NCBI GenBank assembly: GCA_963837955.1
Contig: CAWIPH010000002.1
Span: 1,856,001-1,920,000, forward strand
DNA length: 64,000 bases
From: an uncultured Verrucomicrobiae bacterium
GTDB lineage: Bacteria > Verrucomicrobiota > Verrucomicrobiia > Chthoniobacterales > JAFAMB01
Direction: 5' to 3'
A program made the position numbers and the translations under genes. This document shows positions 1-9,108 of this stretch, piece after piece. The notes beneath the pieces were generated by a model that saw only the letters and a program-made list of their open reading frames with translations, ran no database searches and was not told where the DNA came from. The stretch's first letter is position 1; each line of letters begins with the position of its first letter.

Positions 1-647
1 ACAAGATCAGCGAAGCCTATACTTACTCGAACCTCGCCTTCTCGATTCTTAGCCAGATCATACCACTGTTTAGCGCCAAGACATCGTCCCAGGATTTCCC
101 AGAGCTCATGTCCGAGTGGGTGTTTGGACCGCTGAACATGCAGAATAGTCACTACTTCGAAGACATTTTCTTAGATCAATTAGCGGTCGGATACGTCTAC
201 CCCGGCGCCGTTGCAGGTGTACCCGGACATAACGTCTTTCCCGCCTATTACGGAGGTGGCGGGGTCGTTTCCACCCCTGGCGATATCCTGACCTGGCTGC
301 AGTTTAATATGGGAATCTTAACCAATAACCAGCTAAGCCTGGTCCTACAAAAAACCCAGAGTCCGTCGACCAACGTAACGGCTGGCGGCGCTACTCGCCT
401 GGGCTTGGGATGGTTTATAATCGAACCGTCGTCATCAGGTCCGGGCTCGGTTTTCAAGAATGGCGCCCTTAATGGATATAGCAGTTACCTGCAGTTTCTG
501 CCTTGGATCGGATTATCGGCTCCTTCACAAGCAGGGGCCTTTGTGTTAACCAATTCCAGCAAGCTCAAGACGAGTTCGCAAAAGCCCGCAGACCAAACGA
601 TCGTGCAGGCCGTCCTGGCGATAATGCAAGGCAAAACACCGGCTTAG
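1..647 (+). CDS. Serine hydrolase, beta-lactamase/class C (AmpC-like) fold; 5' end outside window
   Basis: Frame open from nt 3 (KISEAYTYSNLAFSILSQIIPLF...). YxN motif, GGVVSTPGD, FKNG triad; paralogue of the next gene. Confidence 0.85.
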   Translation, partial: KISEAYTYSNLAFSILSQIIPLFSAKTSSQDFPELMSEWVFGPLNMQNSHYFEDIFLDQLAVGYVYPGAVAGVPGHNVFPAYYGGGGVVSTPGDILTWLQFNMGILTNNQLSLVLQKTQSPSTNVTAGGATRLGLGWFIIEPSSSGPGSVFKNGALNGYSSYLQFLPWIGLSAPSQAGAFVLTNSSKLKTSSQKPADQTIVQAVLAIMQGKTPA

Positions 648-670
648 TCCGCAAAAACAGAGGGTTCCCT

Positions 671-1855
671 ATGAGTAAGATCGTTCCACCCACAACGAAA
701 TATCTGGATAGCTTGGTCGACCCGTACCTCGCTAACCAGCCTTCCGGGCTGGCGTTCGTGATTGGTTATGTAGGCCCTTCATTCCAACATATCTACTTCA
801 AGGGGAATCTGGCCAATCAATTCCGGAAAGAGCTGCCTTTAGATCAGAACACTTACTTCGAGCTCGCCTCGGTAAGTAAAACTTTTACGGCGACTCTGGC
901 CGCAGCCGTCGGCTCGAAATATCAGCCAAATTGGGAGACTCAGTACGTCCAGAACTATACTGTCGGCGCGGTGTCCGGAGGCTTGCGTATAGGATCACAG
1001 TTTGGTCCTATGCCACTCCCCTCATTGCTAAGCTATACCTCCGGCTTGCCCGCAGACAATGGTGCAGCTGACGATTTACCGATTCCGCTGCCAATCCCGT
1101 ATTCCCCGGCGGGAATGCTCGGGTATCTGAATATGACGTCGCTGACACCGACCGACATCGGCACAAGATATCGGTACTCAAATCTCGGTTTTTCCATTAT
1201 GGCGCAAATTTTGCCCCTGTTTAAAACCATTCCGTCGCTTCCCGACTTCACCAGCCTGATGTCGGAGATGGTGCTAGACCCGCTCAACCTGCGTGACACC
1301 TACTTTTTTCAGGATATTCCGTTAGATAAATTAGCGTTAGGGTACACGTACGAGAACTCGCAGACAAATCCAACGCCAGTACCTCCAGGGTGGCCTAACT
1401 TTGACGCGTACTATGGTGCCGGAGGCGTCGTGTCGACACCCCGCGACATGATGACCTGGTTACGCTTCAACATGGGTCTGATCGACGACAGAAAAGACAG
1501 TAATTTGGCCGACCTTTTGCCACAACTACAATCCCCGGCTACTGCGACAAAAACTCCTTGGGGCGACCAGTTAGGATTATCATGGTTTTTGACTTCTCCA
1601 GTCTATTTTGGTCCGAGCGGCGCCGTCTGGAAAGATGGCGAAATCTCGGGAACCAACACCTACATCACCTTTCTTCCTTGGGTAGATACGTTTCGTCCGT
1701 CAGAGGCCGGGGTGTTCGTCCTAACTAATTGTGATAGCCTTCTACTTAATGGGACAGAGATTGTAGCCGCGATCGCGAATGACGTGCTACTCGTCATGCA
1801 AGGCGTGACGCCGCCCGCCGATAAATCGAACTACCCTCGGGTATTTGGTCGATGA
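671..1855 (+). CDS. Serine hydrolase, beta-lactamase/class C (AmpC-like) fold, no signal peptide
   Basis: ATG 671. FELASVSKTF (SxxK), YRYSNLG (YxN), WKDG triad. Confidence 0.9.
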   Translation: MSKIVPPTTKYLDSLVDPYLANQPSGLAFVIGYVGPSFQHIYFKGNLANQFRKELPLDQNTYFELASVSKTFTATLAAAVGSKYQPNWETQYVQNYTVGAVSGGLRIGSQFGPMPLPSLLSYTSGLPADNGAADDLPIPLPIPYSPAGMLGYLNMTSLTPTDIGTRYRYSNLGFSIMAQILPLFKTIPSLPDFTSLMSEMVLDPLNLRDTYFFQDIPLDKLALGYTYENSQTNPTPVPPGWPNFDAYYGAGGVVSTPRDMMTWLRFNMGLIDDRKDSNLADLLPQLQSPATATKTPWGDQLGLSWFLTSPVYFGPSGAVWKDGEISGTNTYITFLPWVDTFRPSEAGVFVLTNCDSLLLNGTEIVAAIANDVLLVMQGVTPPADKSNYPRVFGR

Positions 1856-2030
1856 TGGTTATCTTTTCGGCCTGGTGGTCGAGACTAGACCGTTACCTCC
1901 CCGAAGGCGCGCAGGAAGTTAGCCCAGGTGTCTGTCGGATTTTGGCCCATAAGACTGATGAGGCGTATGGATGAAGATGTCGCATCGACCTGATGAAGCA
2001 CATCAAGGTAGGGCGAAATAATAGCTACGC

Positions 2031-2468
2031 TTAGGCAGGAACTTTCCGGTCTGTGAACCTGCGTCGTTTGTCTGCCTCAACCTGTGCGAGCCACTCCCTT
2101 GTCCGGTCCCAGTTTTCCGGAGCGAATGCGCGGTTAACTTCCTCACGGTAGTCGTGAAACGACACCAGGGGGTCGATCTGGGATTTTAATGGAATCCCAA
2201 CCGCACGGACCACAACGTCCCAGTTGTACCAGTCAGATTCGGGTGCACCTGGCTTGAGCTGGGCCGCAGGCATCAAGTCCAAATTGACATGCCCTCGGTC
2301 ACGGATAACGCGGATCGCCAAATAATGGCGAACGCCAATTAGGACCCAGTTTCCGAAGTGTTTCGCATCCGGTCCGCTCTGTTCCCACAACTTAAAACCC
2401 CAATCCTTTAGCGTAAGGCCTGTTCTTTTGAACAAAGGATCTTCTCGTTTCACCGTGCAACCTCCCAT
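2031..2468 (-). CDS. Hypothetical protein
   Basis: 145-aa ORF with globular-looking composition, no competing long ORF; no family recognised. Confidence 0.6.
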   Translation of the reverse strand: MGGCTVKREDPLFKRTGLTLKDWGFKLWEQSGPDAKHFGNWVLIGVRHYLAIRVIRDRGHVNLDLMPAAQLKPGAPESDWYNWDVVVRAVGIPLKSQIDPLVSFHDYREEVNRAFAPENWDRTREWLAQVEADKRRRFTDRKVPA

Positions 2469-2647
2469 CGATCAGCTATCAGTCTGGGAAGCTATCCATA
2501 GCTGGCGAGATAGTCCAACTCCATTTCCAGAGTAGCGTCCTCCGCCCAGCCATTTCTGCCGTCAGGTGGCAATTGGGACAACAATTGCGGTAATTGCGCC
2601 AAAAAAGAGCTAATCCCGCAAACGCTGGGCTATCGGTTGAACAATCC

Positions 2648-3415
2648 ATGAACCCATCATTTGCTCAAAAAGTGGTATTGATCACTGGCGGAACCTCTGG
2701 AATCGGGCGCGCAACGGCAGTCGCTTTTGCCGAACAAGGCGCAAACGTTGTCGTCGCCGGGCGGCGTGAGGCCGAGGGAGCGGAGTCGGTCAGGCTCCTT
2801 GAGAAGACAGGCGGCAAGGGTTTGTTTGTCCGTACCGATGTAGCAATCGAAAGAGAGGTCGAAGCAATGGTCGCTCGCACGGTCGAATATTTTGGACGGC
2901 TTGACTTCGCTTTCAACAACGCTGGGGTTTCGGGGGGAGAGATGGATTCAGGGAAGGGGATTGCAAACACGAATGACTTTTTCAACCGCATCATGGACAC
3001 CAACGTCCGCGGCGTCTTCTTCAGCTTGAAACATGAGATCCCTGCTATTCTCCAGTCCGGAGGCGGCGCAATCGTGAACAACGCTTCGGTCGCAGGTCTG
3101 AGCGCAATTATTGCCGGACAACCGATTTACACCGCCAGCAAGTTCGCGGTTGTCGGTCTCACCAGATCGGTGGCGCTCGAATTCGCTGCCAAAGGCGTTC
3201 GGGTGAATGCCGTTTGTCCAGCAATTATCGAAACCGAGATGACGGAGAAGCTCCGCCAAAACAATGAGCTGCGCGCAAATTTTACGGCGAGGCACCCAAT
3301 CGGCCGGTTTGGGCAATCGGAAGAAGTTGCGGCAGCGGTGCTCTATCTCTGCTCGCCGGGAGCTGCATTCATCACCGGAGCCGCATTACCTGTGGATGGC
3401 GGTATCCTCGCGTAA
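2648..3415 (+). CDS. Short-chain dehydrogenase/reductase (classical SDR)
   Basis: TGGTSGIG, NNAG, YTASK; start moved to ATG 2648. Confidence 0.95.
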   Translation: MNPSFAQKVVLITGGTSGIGRATAVAFAEQGANVVVAGRREAEGAESVRLLEKTGGKGLFVRTDVAIEREVEAMVARTVEYFGRLDFAFNNAGVSGGEMDSGKGIANTNDFFNRIMDTNVRGVFFSLKHEIPAILQSGGGAIVNNASVAGLSAIIAGQPIYTASKFAVVGLTRSVALEFAAKGVRVNAVCPAIIETEMTEKLRQNNELRANFTARHPIGRFGQSEEVAAAVLYLCSPGAAFITGAALPVDGGILA

Positions 3416-3480
3416 ACTCTCGCGTTGACTGCGTGAGCTCTGCTTTAATCCCTTCCGCTGTCATCACTTTTGCCCAGATT

Positions 3481-4053
3481 TCAGTTTTTGAGAACTGTCA
3501 CCGCCCTGACTTGGCGTACCCAACGCGCCGCGCGTTTCTCGCCGGGAACGATAACGCGAAAGGATCCCTCGCTCGGTGGCAGCGGTTGGCCATCCTTGGT
3601 GTCGGCTAAGAGGATGATCCGATCAGTCAACTCCGAGTCAAGCTCGGCTAACGCGAACGCCGCCCGGTAGCCGTCGGTCGCCTCGATGAGCACGGTGATT
3701 GCCACCGTTTCACGGATACGCGCCGTGCCGGATTCGAGCTGGAGGCCGCCCGCCTTAAGCACCTCCACCAAGGGGGTTCCGGAATAGACAATCTCTCTGC
3801 CGGAGTCGTGAGGATCGGTCGTGCGCAATTCCGTCCGGGGCAATTGGTGCAACTCGGCTGCTTCGATTCGCCGGGGATTGGGCACGTCTCCTCGTAAGTC
3901 CAGAAAGTCTTCCGCTCGAGCGTTAGTGCCGCCCGCACCGCCGGACTTATCCTGCGCCCAGGCGCTGTCGATAGACCATAGACAGAGCATCCACGTCAGG
4001 CTCAGAAGCAGGGCGCAGGAAGCAAGATGGTTCGACCAAGTCGCCATTTTCAT
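3481..4053 (-). CDS. Exported molybdopterin-dependent oxidoreductase-like (Oxidored_molyb-type) domain protein
   Basis: Signal-like N-terminus ending AWA-Q; YSGTPLVEVL, EATDGYRAAF, RVIVPGEKRAARWVRQV. Confidence 0.8.
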   Translation of the reverse strand: MKMATWSNHLASCALLLSLTWMLCLWSIDSAWAQDKSGGAGGTNARAEDFLDLRGDVPNPRRIEAAELHQLPRTELRTTDPHDSGREIVYSGTPLVEVLKAGGLQLESGTARIRETVAITVLIEATDGYRAAFALAELDSELTDRIILLADTKDGQPLPPSEGSFRVIVPGEKRAARWVRQVRAVTVLKN

Positions 4054-4281
4054 ACAGTCAGTTCTCGTCCGCTGTCCGTTGCAGATCAAAGACGGACTGG
4101 ATACTCTACAAAAGAGCCTCAAACAGGTGCTCAGTTACTTGAATCTTTAGACGCGACCCTTCCAGGACCTACGATACGTTGGTAAAGCAGATTCATTGCG
4201 GAGGAAGGTGAAGAAGAGGTAATTCTTTGTACACTTGTACGGCACGGCCTCAAACACTTTGGGTGCGCTTTCAACCGTAAT

Positions 4282-4650
4282 TTAGGGCGCTCTGCGCCCT
4301 TTCAGCGCGGCTGTCAGCATTTCATCTATGATCCCTTCGAGCTGCAGCAACCGGGGAGCGCTTAACCCGTACCGAACCAAATGTCCCGTATCTTCCACCT
4401 TTACACAGCCGGAGCCCAATAAGCGTTCGAGATTGGACGAAATATCGCTGCGGGATAGACCCGTTGCGCTGGCGATCTGCGCATCCGTTTTGGCTCCCTC
4501 GCAGAGAGTCTGCATGATACAGAATTGCGAGCGATCGGCCAAGTGGCCGAACAGTTCTTCCTGACAATCCAAATCAAACCCGCTCGGCGACCGGCTTTTT
4601 GGTTTCGGATTTCCGCGGTTAGCGGAATCTAGATCAAGTGAAATATTCAT
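4282..4650 (-). CDS. ArsR/SmtB family transcriptional regulator
   Basis: LFGHLADRSQFCIMQTL...LSRSDISSNLERLLGSGCV winged HTH; ATG 4650. Confidence 0.85.
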   Translation of the reverse strand: MNISLDLDSANRGNPKPKSRSPSGFDLDCQEELFGHLADRSQFCIMQTLCEGAKTDAQIASATGLSRSDISSNLERLLGSGCVKVEDTGHLVRYGLSAPRLLQLEGIIDEMLTAALKGRRAP

Positions 4651-4706
4651 ATAAGATACATCTATTCTTAACTTGCCATAAAGCAATATGTAAAATACAT
4701 GTTTGA
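4641..4706 (-). promoter_or_regulatory. Tandem NsrR-like operator cassette, copy A (between divergent arsR and rrf2)
   Basis: Minus strand AACATGTATTTTACATATTGCTT ... TAGATGTATCTTATATGAATATT resembles AAnATGYATTT-n-AAATRCATnTT; near-identical copy at 5669-5734. Confidence 0.7.
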
Positions 4707-4716
4707 TAGATTTTCT

Positions 4717-5175
4717 ATGCGCCTTACGTTCTCTACGGATTATGCCTTGCGTCTATTGATGCTGGTTGGACTCGAAATGGACCGCCTTGTGACAATCGAA
4801 GAGGTCGCGGATCGCTTTGGAATATCCAAAAACCACCTGATGAAAGTGGCGTACCAGCTCGGGCAAGCAGGATACCTTGAAACCGTTCGGGGCCGGAATG
4901 GAGGGTTGCGCTTAGGAAAGGCGCCAAGCCAGATTGTAGTGGGGGAGGTCGTCCGCAAAATCGAACCGGACTTCGCGGTGGTCGAATGCGAGAATCCGGA
5001 GGGCTACTGCAGGATCGCACCCTGTTGCACATTGCGCTCTGCAATGGCGAAAGCGGTCCAGGCCTTTCTGGAGAAACTGGATCAGTACACTCTCGAGGAC
5101 CTGCTTCGACCCAAATTGAAACTGCGGCAGTTGCTCGGCGTCGATCAGAAGATAGCGTCTGCCCACAGTCAATAA
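4717..5175 (+). CDS. nsrR: Rrf2 family regulator, NsrR-like (NO-sensing Fe-S)
   Basis: MRLTFSTDYALR, ISKNHLMKV, RGRNGGLRL, C-terminal Cys ligands VVEC...YCRIAPCC. Confidence 0.85.
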   Translation: MRLTFSTDYALRLLMLVGLEMDRLVTIEEVADRFGISKNHLMKVAYQLGQAGYLETVRGRNGGLRLGKAPSQIVVGEVVRKIEPDFAVVECENPEGYCRIAPCCTLRSAMAKAVQAFLEKLDQYTLEDLLRPKLKLRQLLGVDQKIASAHSQ

Positions 5176-5668
5176 AGAGTCGCGATTGAACGCGTCAAGC
5201 CGGATCCGGGCCGCTCCCGACGCGTATCGCAGCATGACTGACTCTTCCGTTTCAGATGCTGGTTAAAGGCTTTCTAATCGCTGGTCTGCCGATTCTCGGA
5301 ACAGAGCTCGAATGTCCCAACGAGCAATAAGACAGCGAACGTCATGCGCCAGAACACCGGCGCGGCAAAAAAAACGACGCTGGAGCGCCGAAGACGGTAA
5401 TCGAAAGCCCTCAGCTCGAAGTTGCTCCATGCCGGTTCGTCGGTCAATACGATATCGAGTCGATGAGAGGCCGGTGGCCTAACAGCGACCCAATCTTCTC
5501 TTCCCGGCAGAACCAGGCGTGAAGACTCAAAACCAGACCTCAAGATTTTGTAGGCCAAAAACTTGGGAAGAATCGGTTACGCGGACTGAAGCCGCCGCGG
5601 ACGGTCCCTGCGCCACTGTTTAAGAATGGCGTCGCAAGCGGAAAAGATGCCGAGCTCGGCCGTTCCAA

Positions 5669-5734
5669 TCAAACATGCATTATATATATTGCTTTGTGAG
5701 CGTTCGGTCATACATGTATATTATATGAATCTTT
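5669..5734 (+). promoter_or_regulatory. Tandem NsrR-like operator cassette, copy B
   Basis: AACATGCATTATATATATTGCTT ... TACATGTATATTATATGAATCTT; same spacing as copy A. Confidence 0.7.
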
Positions 5735-6045
5735 TAATTGACCCAGCTCTCAATCGCGAAATAAACACGTCGCCTGGAGCAGACGTTAAGGCGAGTAAAG
5801 TCACTAGGACTCATAGCCGTTTTCTCAGAGTTGCAGTACTACCGGATACAGCAGCCAGAGAGAAGGCCGTCATGACGAGACTCATGCTGGGCTCTCTGTC
5901 TGGATTGATTTCTGCCTTCGCCGCCATTCTTACGACAGTGGTCTATTCGACAGTTCTTGAATGGCGCTACTTCTGGCTAGCCGTGTGTGTTGCCGGTTTC
6001 ATCGGTTTGGTCGTGTTCCTATGGAAGGCTTGCGAACAATTTTAG
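5725..6045 (+). CDS. Small membrane protein (2 predicted C-terminal TM helices)
   Basis: Two hydrophobic segments; ATG 5725 lies inside operator box 2, as for arsR; start uncertain. Confidence 0.55.
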   Translation: MNLLIDPALNREINTSPGADVKASKVTRTHSRFLRVAVLPDTAAREKAVMTRLMLGSLSGLISAFAAILTTVVYSTVLEWRYFWLAVCVAGFIGLVVFLWKACEQF

Positions 6046-6156
6046 GGACCGAAAGTAATGGTAACTTAACGGACTGCTAGTTCGCTTTAAGATTTCCGCG
6101 AGGGACTCAGGAATTTACGATGCGATCGACAAATAGCCCGACGTTGGGAGGTGCCT

Positions 6157-6531
6157 ATGACGATGATCCAGATTAAGCGAGTGTATGAGCCGGCCGCGAA
6201 AGAGGATGGCGCGCGATTCCTGGTGGAACGCCTGTGGCCGCGGGGGATGAAAAAAGAGGCGTTGCCTATGGATGCCTGGTGCAGGGACGCAGCCCCCAGC
6301 GACGATCTTCGCCACTGGTTCAGCCACGATCCAGCCAAATGGAAGGAATTCCAACGACGCTATCGGGCCGAGCTCGCCGGCAATCCTCCAGCCTGCCAAC
6401 AGCTGTTGGACGCGGCCAGGCAGGGCAACATCACACTCCTATACAGCGCTCACGACACCAAACATAATAACGCCATCGTGCTAAAGTCCTACTTGGAAGA
6501 ACGATTGACTGGTAAGAAAAGTCGACCATAG
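6157..6531 (+). CDS. DUF488 / YeaO family protein
   Basis: IKRVYEP...DGARFLVERLWPRG, APSDDLRHWFSHDP, ITLLYSA; GGAG RBS. Confidence 0.9.
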   Translation: MTMIQIKRVYEPAAKEDGARFLVERLWPRGMKKEALPMDAWCRDAAPSDDLRHWFSHDPAKWKEFQRRYRAELAGNPPACQQLLDAARQGNITLLYSAHDTKHNNAIVLKSYLEERLTGKKSRP

Positions 6532-6925
6532 CTAGTTCCGCCGGGATCTGTACGGGCGATGACCAAGCAATGGACATTCCTACCGCGATAGGAGGATTGT
6601 TGAAGGCAGAACCAATGTTATCGAGTATGATCTCGTTGCACCGCCTCGACATCCAGAGCATCTCGCTCCGAAAGGCGCGGCGAACCACTTGGTAGGTGTA
6701 GATGACGCTCGTTGAACAACTTGCCGCATTCGTGGTGTGCTCCCCTCACGACAAACTGTCAGCGCCCACCAACAAATCGACAGGTTCCTAAGCAATAATC
6801 AATTACCGAAGAATCTCGCAGAGAGCCGCAGCGATTTCTACGCGATAACCGCCGAGCGGCGGCTCAGAAACCTGTAGTCATGGCAATCACCGGGGACGCC
6901 GATGCGCAGGTCGTTTCGGATCCGT

Positions 6926-7372
6926 TCAATTATTCTGGTCCCGCATTAGACTCTTCAGGAGTGATCTCAACCGTGGACCAAGCCGGCGAATTTCGGCGCG
7001 ATGGGCTCCGGAGAGTTGCTCCAGAACTTCCGAACCATGATCTGTCAATTTGATATAAACCTGGCGTCGGTCCTCGACGCCCTGCTCGCGGGCGATCAGA
7101 TTCTGTTCCACCGATCGATCAACCAGACCCACTGCGCTGTGGTGAGCGATATGCAGCTGTTCAGCTAACTCGCCGATCGTGATGCTTTCGCGGTTCGGAA
7201 AACCCTTAATGGCAAGCAAGGCTTGGTGCTGGCGCGGGGTGAGTCCGGCATTCTGGGCGGCTTGTTCGCTGAAATGCAGAAATTGCCGCAGTTGATAGCG
7301 AAATGCCGCAAGCATCTCGTACTGGGCTTTGTTGAGCCGAGCGGTAGGGCGAGCTTTAGAACGGGCTTGCAT
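6926..7372 (-). CDS. MarR family transcriptional regulator
   Basis: LAAFRYQLRQFLHFSE, LTPRQHQALLAIKG, HHSAVGLVDR, EDRRQVYIKLT. Confidence 0.92.
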   Translation of the reverse strand: MQARSKARPTARLNKAQYEMLAAFRYQLRQFLHFSEQAAQNAGLTPRQHQALLAIKGFPNRESITIGELAEQLHIAHHSAVGLVDRSVEQNLIAREQGVEDRRQVYIKLTDHGSEVLEQLSGAHRAEIRRLGPRLRSLLKSLMRDQNN

Positions 7373-7417
7373 AAAGAATTGATCAGGAACGTGCAAAATC
7401 TATGGCCATGTGACGTG

Positions 7418-7432
7418 TATCGTAAAACGATA
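7418..7432. promoter_or_regulatory. Palindromic operator TATCGT-N3-ACGATA, copy 1 (upstream of marR)
   Basis: TATCGTAAAACGATA; repeated at 7670 and 8535. Confidence 0.7.
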
Positions 7433-7523
7433 TCAAACCAGGACGACTCTGAAAATCTTTATTGGGCCTAAGTCAGATCAACCGCCGCTACTAATGTTGA
7501 AGAGGCGGTCCAAGAATTTTACG

Positions 7524-7619
7524 CTACATGCCGATGAACATCAGTATCCACGCGAAAAGAGAGGCGTAGACCGTGATCCTCGGAATGAAGCCCAACATCG
7601 TGAACCCTGTCGCCTCGGC
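7524..7619 (-). pseudogene. C-terminal remnant of a TDT/SLAC1 (tellurite-resistance/C4-dicarboxylate transporter)-like gene
   Basis: Minus-strand reading AEATGFTMLGFIPRITVYASLFAWILMFIGM*; no upstream coding body. Confidence 0.45.
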
Positions 7620-7669
7620 CGAAGGAGATGCTTAACGCACTATTTGGCAGACCAGCGCTCACTTATATA

Positions 7670-7684
7670 CATCGTATAACGATA
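7670..7684. promoter_or_regulatory. Palindromic operator ATCGT-N3-ACGAT, copy 2
   Basis: TATATACATCGTATAACGATATATA upstream of the small ORF at 7743. Confidence 0.7.
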
Positions 7685-7742
7685 TATATTTTGAACGCTT
7701 GCGGCTCCAACTTGTCCAATCCTACGGAGAGGAGTGAGCAGA

Positions 7743-7940
7743 ATGAACACTGAACAGATCAGCAAACCATCAGCCACTACCGACAGTAGCAAGTTCTCGA
7801 AGGCGATCTCGCTAGAGGAGCTTGCGGCTATTGGTACACCAAGCGGCACGTTCGCGGACACAACAGATATTGTGATAAGAATCCGCAACGGAAAACCGAT
7901 CGCGGCGAACGCGGGTGGCCAGGGTGGCGGCCAGAACTAA
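7743..7940 (+). CDS. Small hypothetical protein (65 aa)
   Basis: GAGGAG RBS, upstream operator, hydrophilic peptide with Gly/Gln tail. Confidence 0.6.
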   Translation: MNTEQISKPSATTDSSKFSKAISLEELAAIGTPSGTFADTTDIVIRIRNGKPIAANAGGQGGGQN

Positions 7941-8121
7941 GTTTCAATAAACCATTGCGACTCAGCGTATCGGAAAGCAGAGCGGTTTCCTCCAATGCGA
8001 GATCTTCTGCGCCGACTTGCACGCGCTGGCAGTTCGAGTGACCGATTCGAAGTCGGGCCGGCGCGGTAGAGATGTATACCACCGAGCCGGGCAAAGCCGA
8101 TCGGCCGACCGGGAAGCTGCT

Positions 8122-8487
8122 TTATTTTCGTTCCGACAAATGAATAACGATGCGGGTAATACTTGACTCGTATTCATTTCTCCACCGGTTGAGACGAATA
8201 CTATCGACAAAAGCGCAACTCGCCCCTGCACCGATCCAGAGAAGGAGGAACAGGACGGTATCCGGAAGAAGATAGAAAAGGCAAACGGCAACGGTTAAGT
8301 AAAAGAAAAAAAAGATCAGACTTTCGGATAGAACCTTCGGTCGCCTGCTCCAAAACCAGTCTGCCCGCGAAAATTCAACCTGACTAATCGCAGCTGGTTC
8401 CAGGTGCAGAGATTTAACCAATGCGGCGGGAGGCAGTTCCTCGTATTTCCAGACGGGGTCAGCGTCGACTTTCTTTCGCGGGTACAT
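8122..8487 (-). CDS. Small membrane protein (2 TM)
   Basis: Two hydrophobic helices; operator at 8535 directly upstream. Confidence 0.65.
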   Translation of the reverse strand: MYPRKKVDADPVWKYEELPPAALVKSLHLEPAAISQVEFSRADWFWSRRPKVLSESLIFFFFYLTVAVCLFYLLPDTVLFLLLWIGAGASCAFVDSIRLNRWRNEYESSITRIVIHLSERK

Positions 8488-8534
8488 ACTAGAAACCAAT
8501 TGAAGGCCGCAAAGGTAAAACCTAGTCTATACAA

Positions 8535-8549
8535 TATCGTTATACGATA
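8535..8549. promoter_or_regulatory. Palindromic operator TATCGT-N3-ACGATA, copy 3
   Basis: TATCGTTATACGATA. Confidence 0.7.
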
Positions 8550-9108
8550 CAGTGTAAAGTATTCCGTTGTTTATTACTGGCTCCATCGCCCGCTTAAAAC
8601 ATATTATGTAGCTATTGCGCCCAAAGCGATCCGGCCCCCAGTCCGTTATTGCTGCCGGACTATCGGTTCGTCGAAAAGACCGCCTACTTTATTCTGGAAC
8701 CCATTCCACAACTCACACAGCAAGACCTGCCAACGGCGACCCCACTGACGCCGCTTCGTCCGCTTGGATCTCTTAACAGAGGTTGGAAAACCGAACACAT
8801 AGATCCAGTAGCTGTTCAGATTGCCCGGTACGGATTCGAAAGACCTCCGGTTCAAATTGATGCCACTTAAACAGTCCGCAAACCGAAGAGGCCAGGAGGA
8901 GCATCCGGCCAGCCTATCACGGGGTACCTGCAAAGTTGCAACACTTCCAGTAGGCGGCGGCACCACCCTAAACATTGCCGGTTCTAGGATATTCGGGATT
9001 GGTCTCGGACACTGGCTTAACCCGGATACCCAGATATCCAGCTACAGCTTGCTTAAGGTCTTCAGCTCGCTGGTACTATAGCGCCGCACCTCATAATAGC
9101 TTGGGCTA

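Noticed and set aside
1955..2020. Hammerhead-like CTGATGA...GAAA cores
   Set aside because: No convincing stem II/III and no correctly placed UH cleavage site
5274..5558. 94-aa minus-strand ORF with a hydrophobic tail
   Set aside because: TTG start, no RBS, no recognisable family; could be real but unsupported
6600..6850. Possible universal stress protein remnant (EPVDLLV) on the minus strand
   Set aside because: Match too short and interrupted by stops
7555..7650. Glycine-riboswitch-like GCCGAAGGAG
   Set aside because: Lacks the CTCAGG element; better explained as a transporter remnant on the opposite strand
8649..9081. Short overlapping ORFs between the membrane protein and lysR
   Set aside because: No RBS, motif or consistent strand signal
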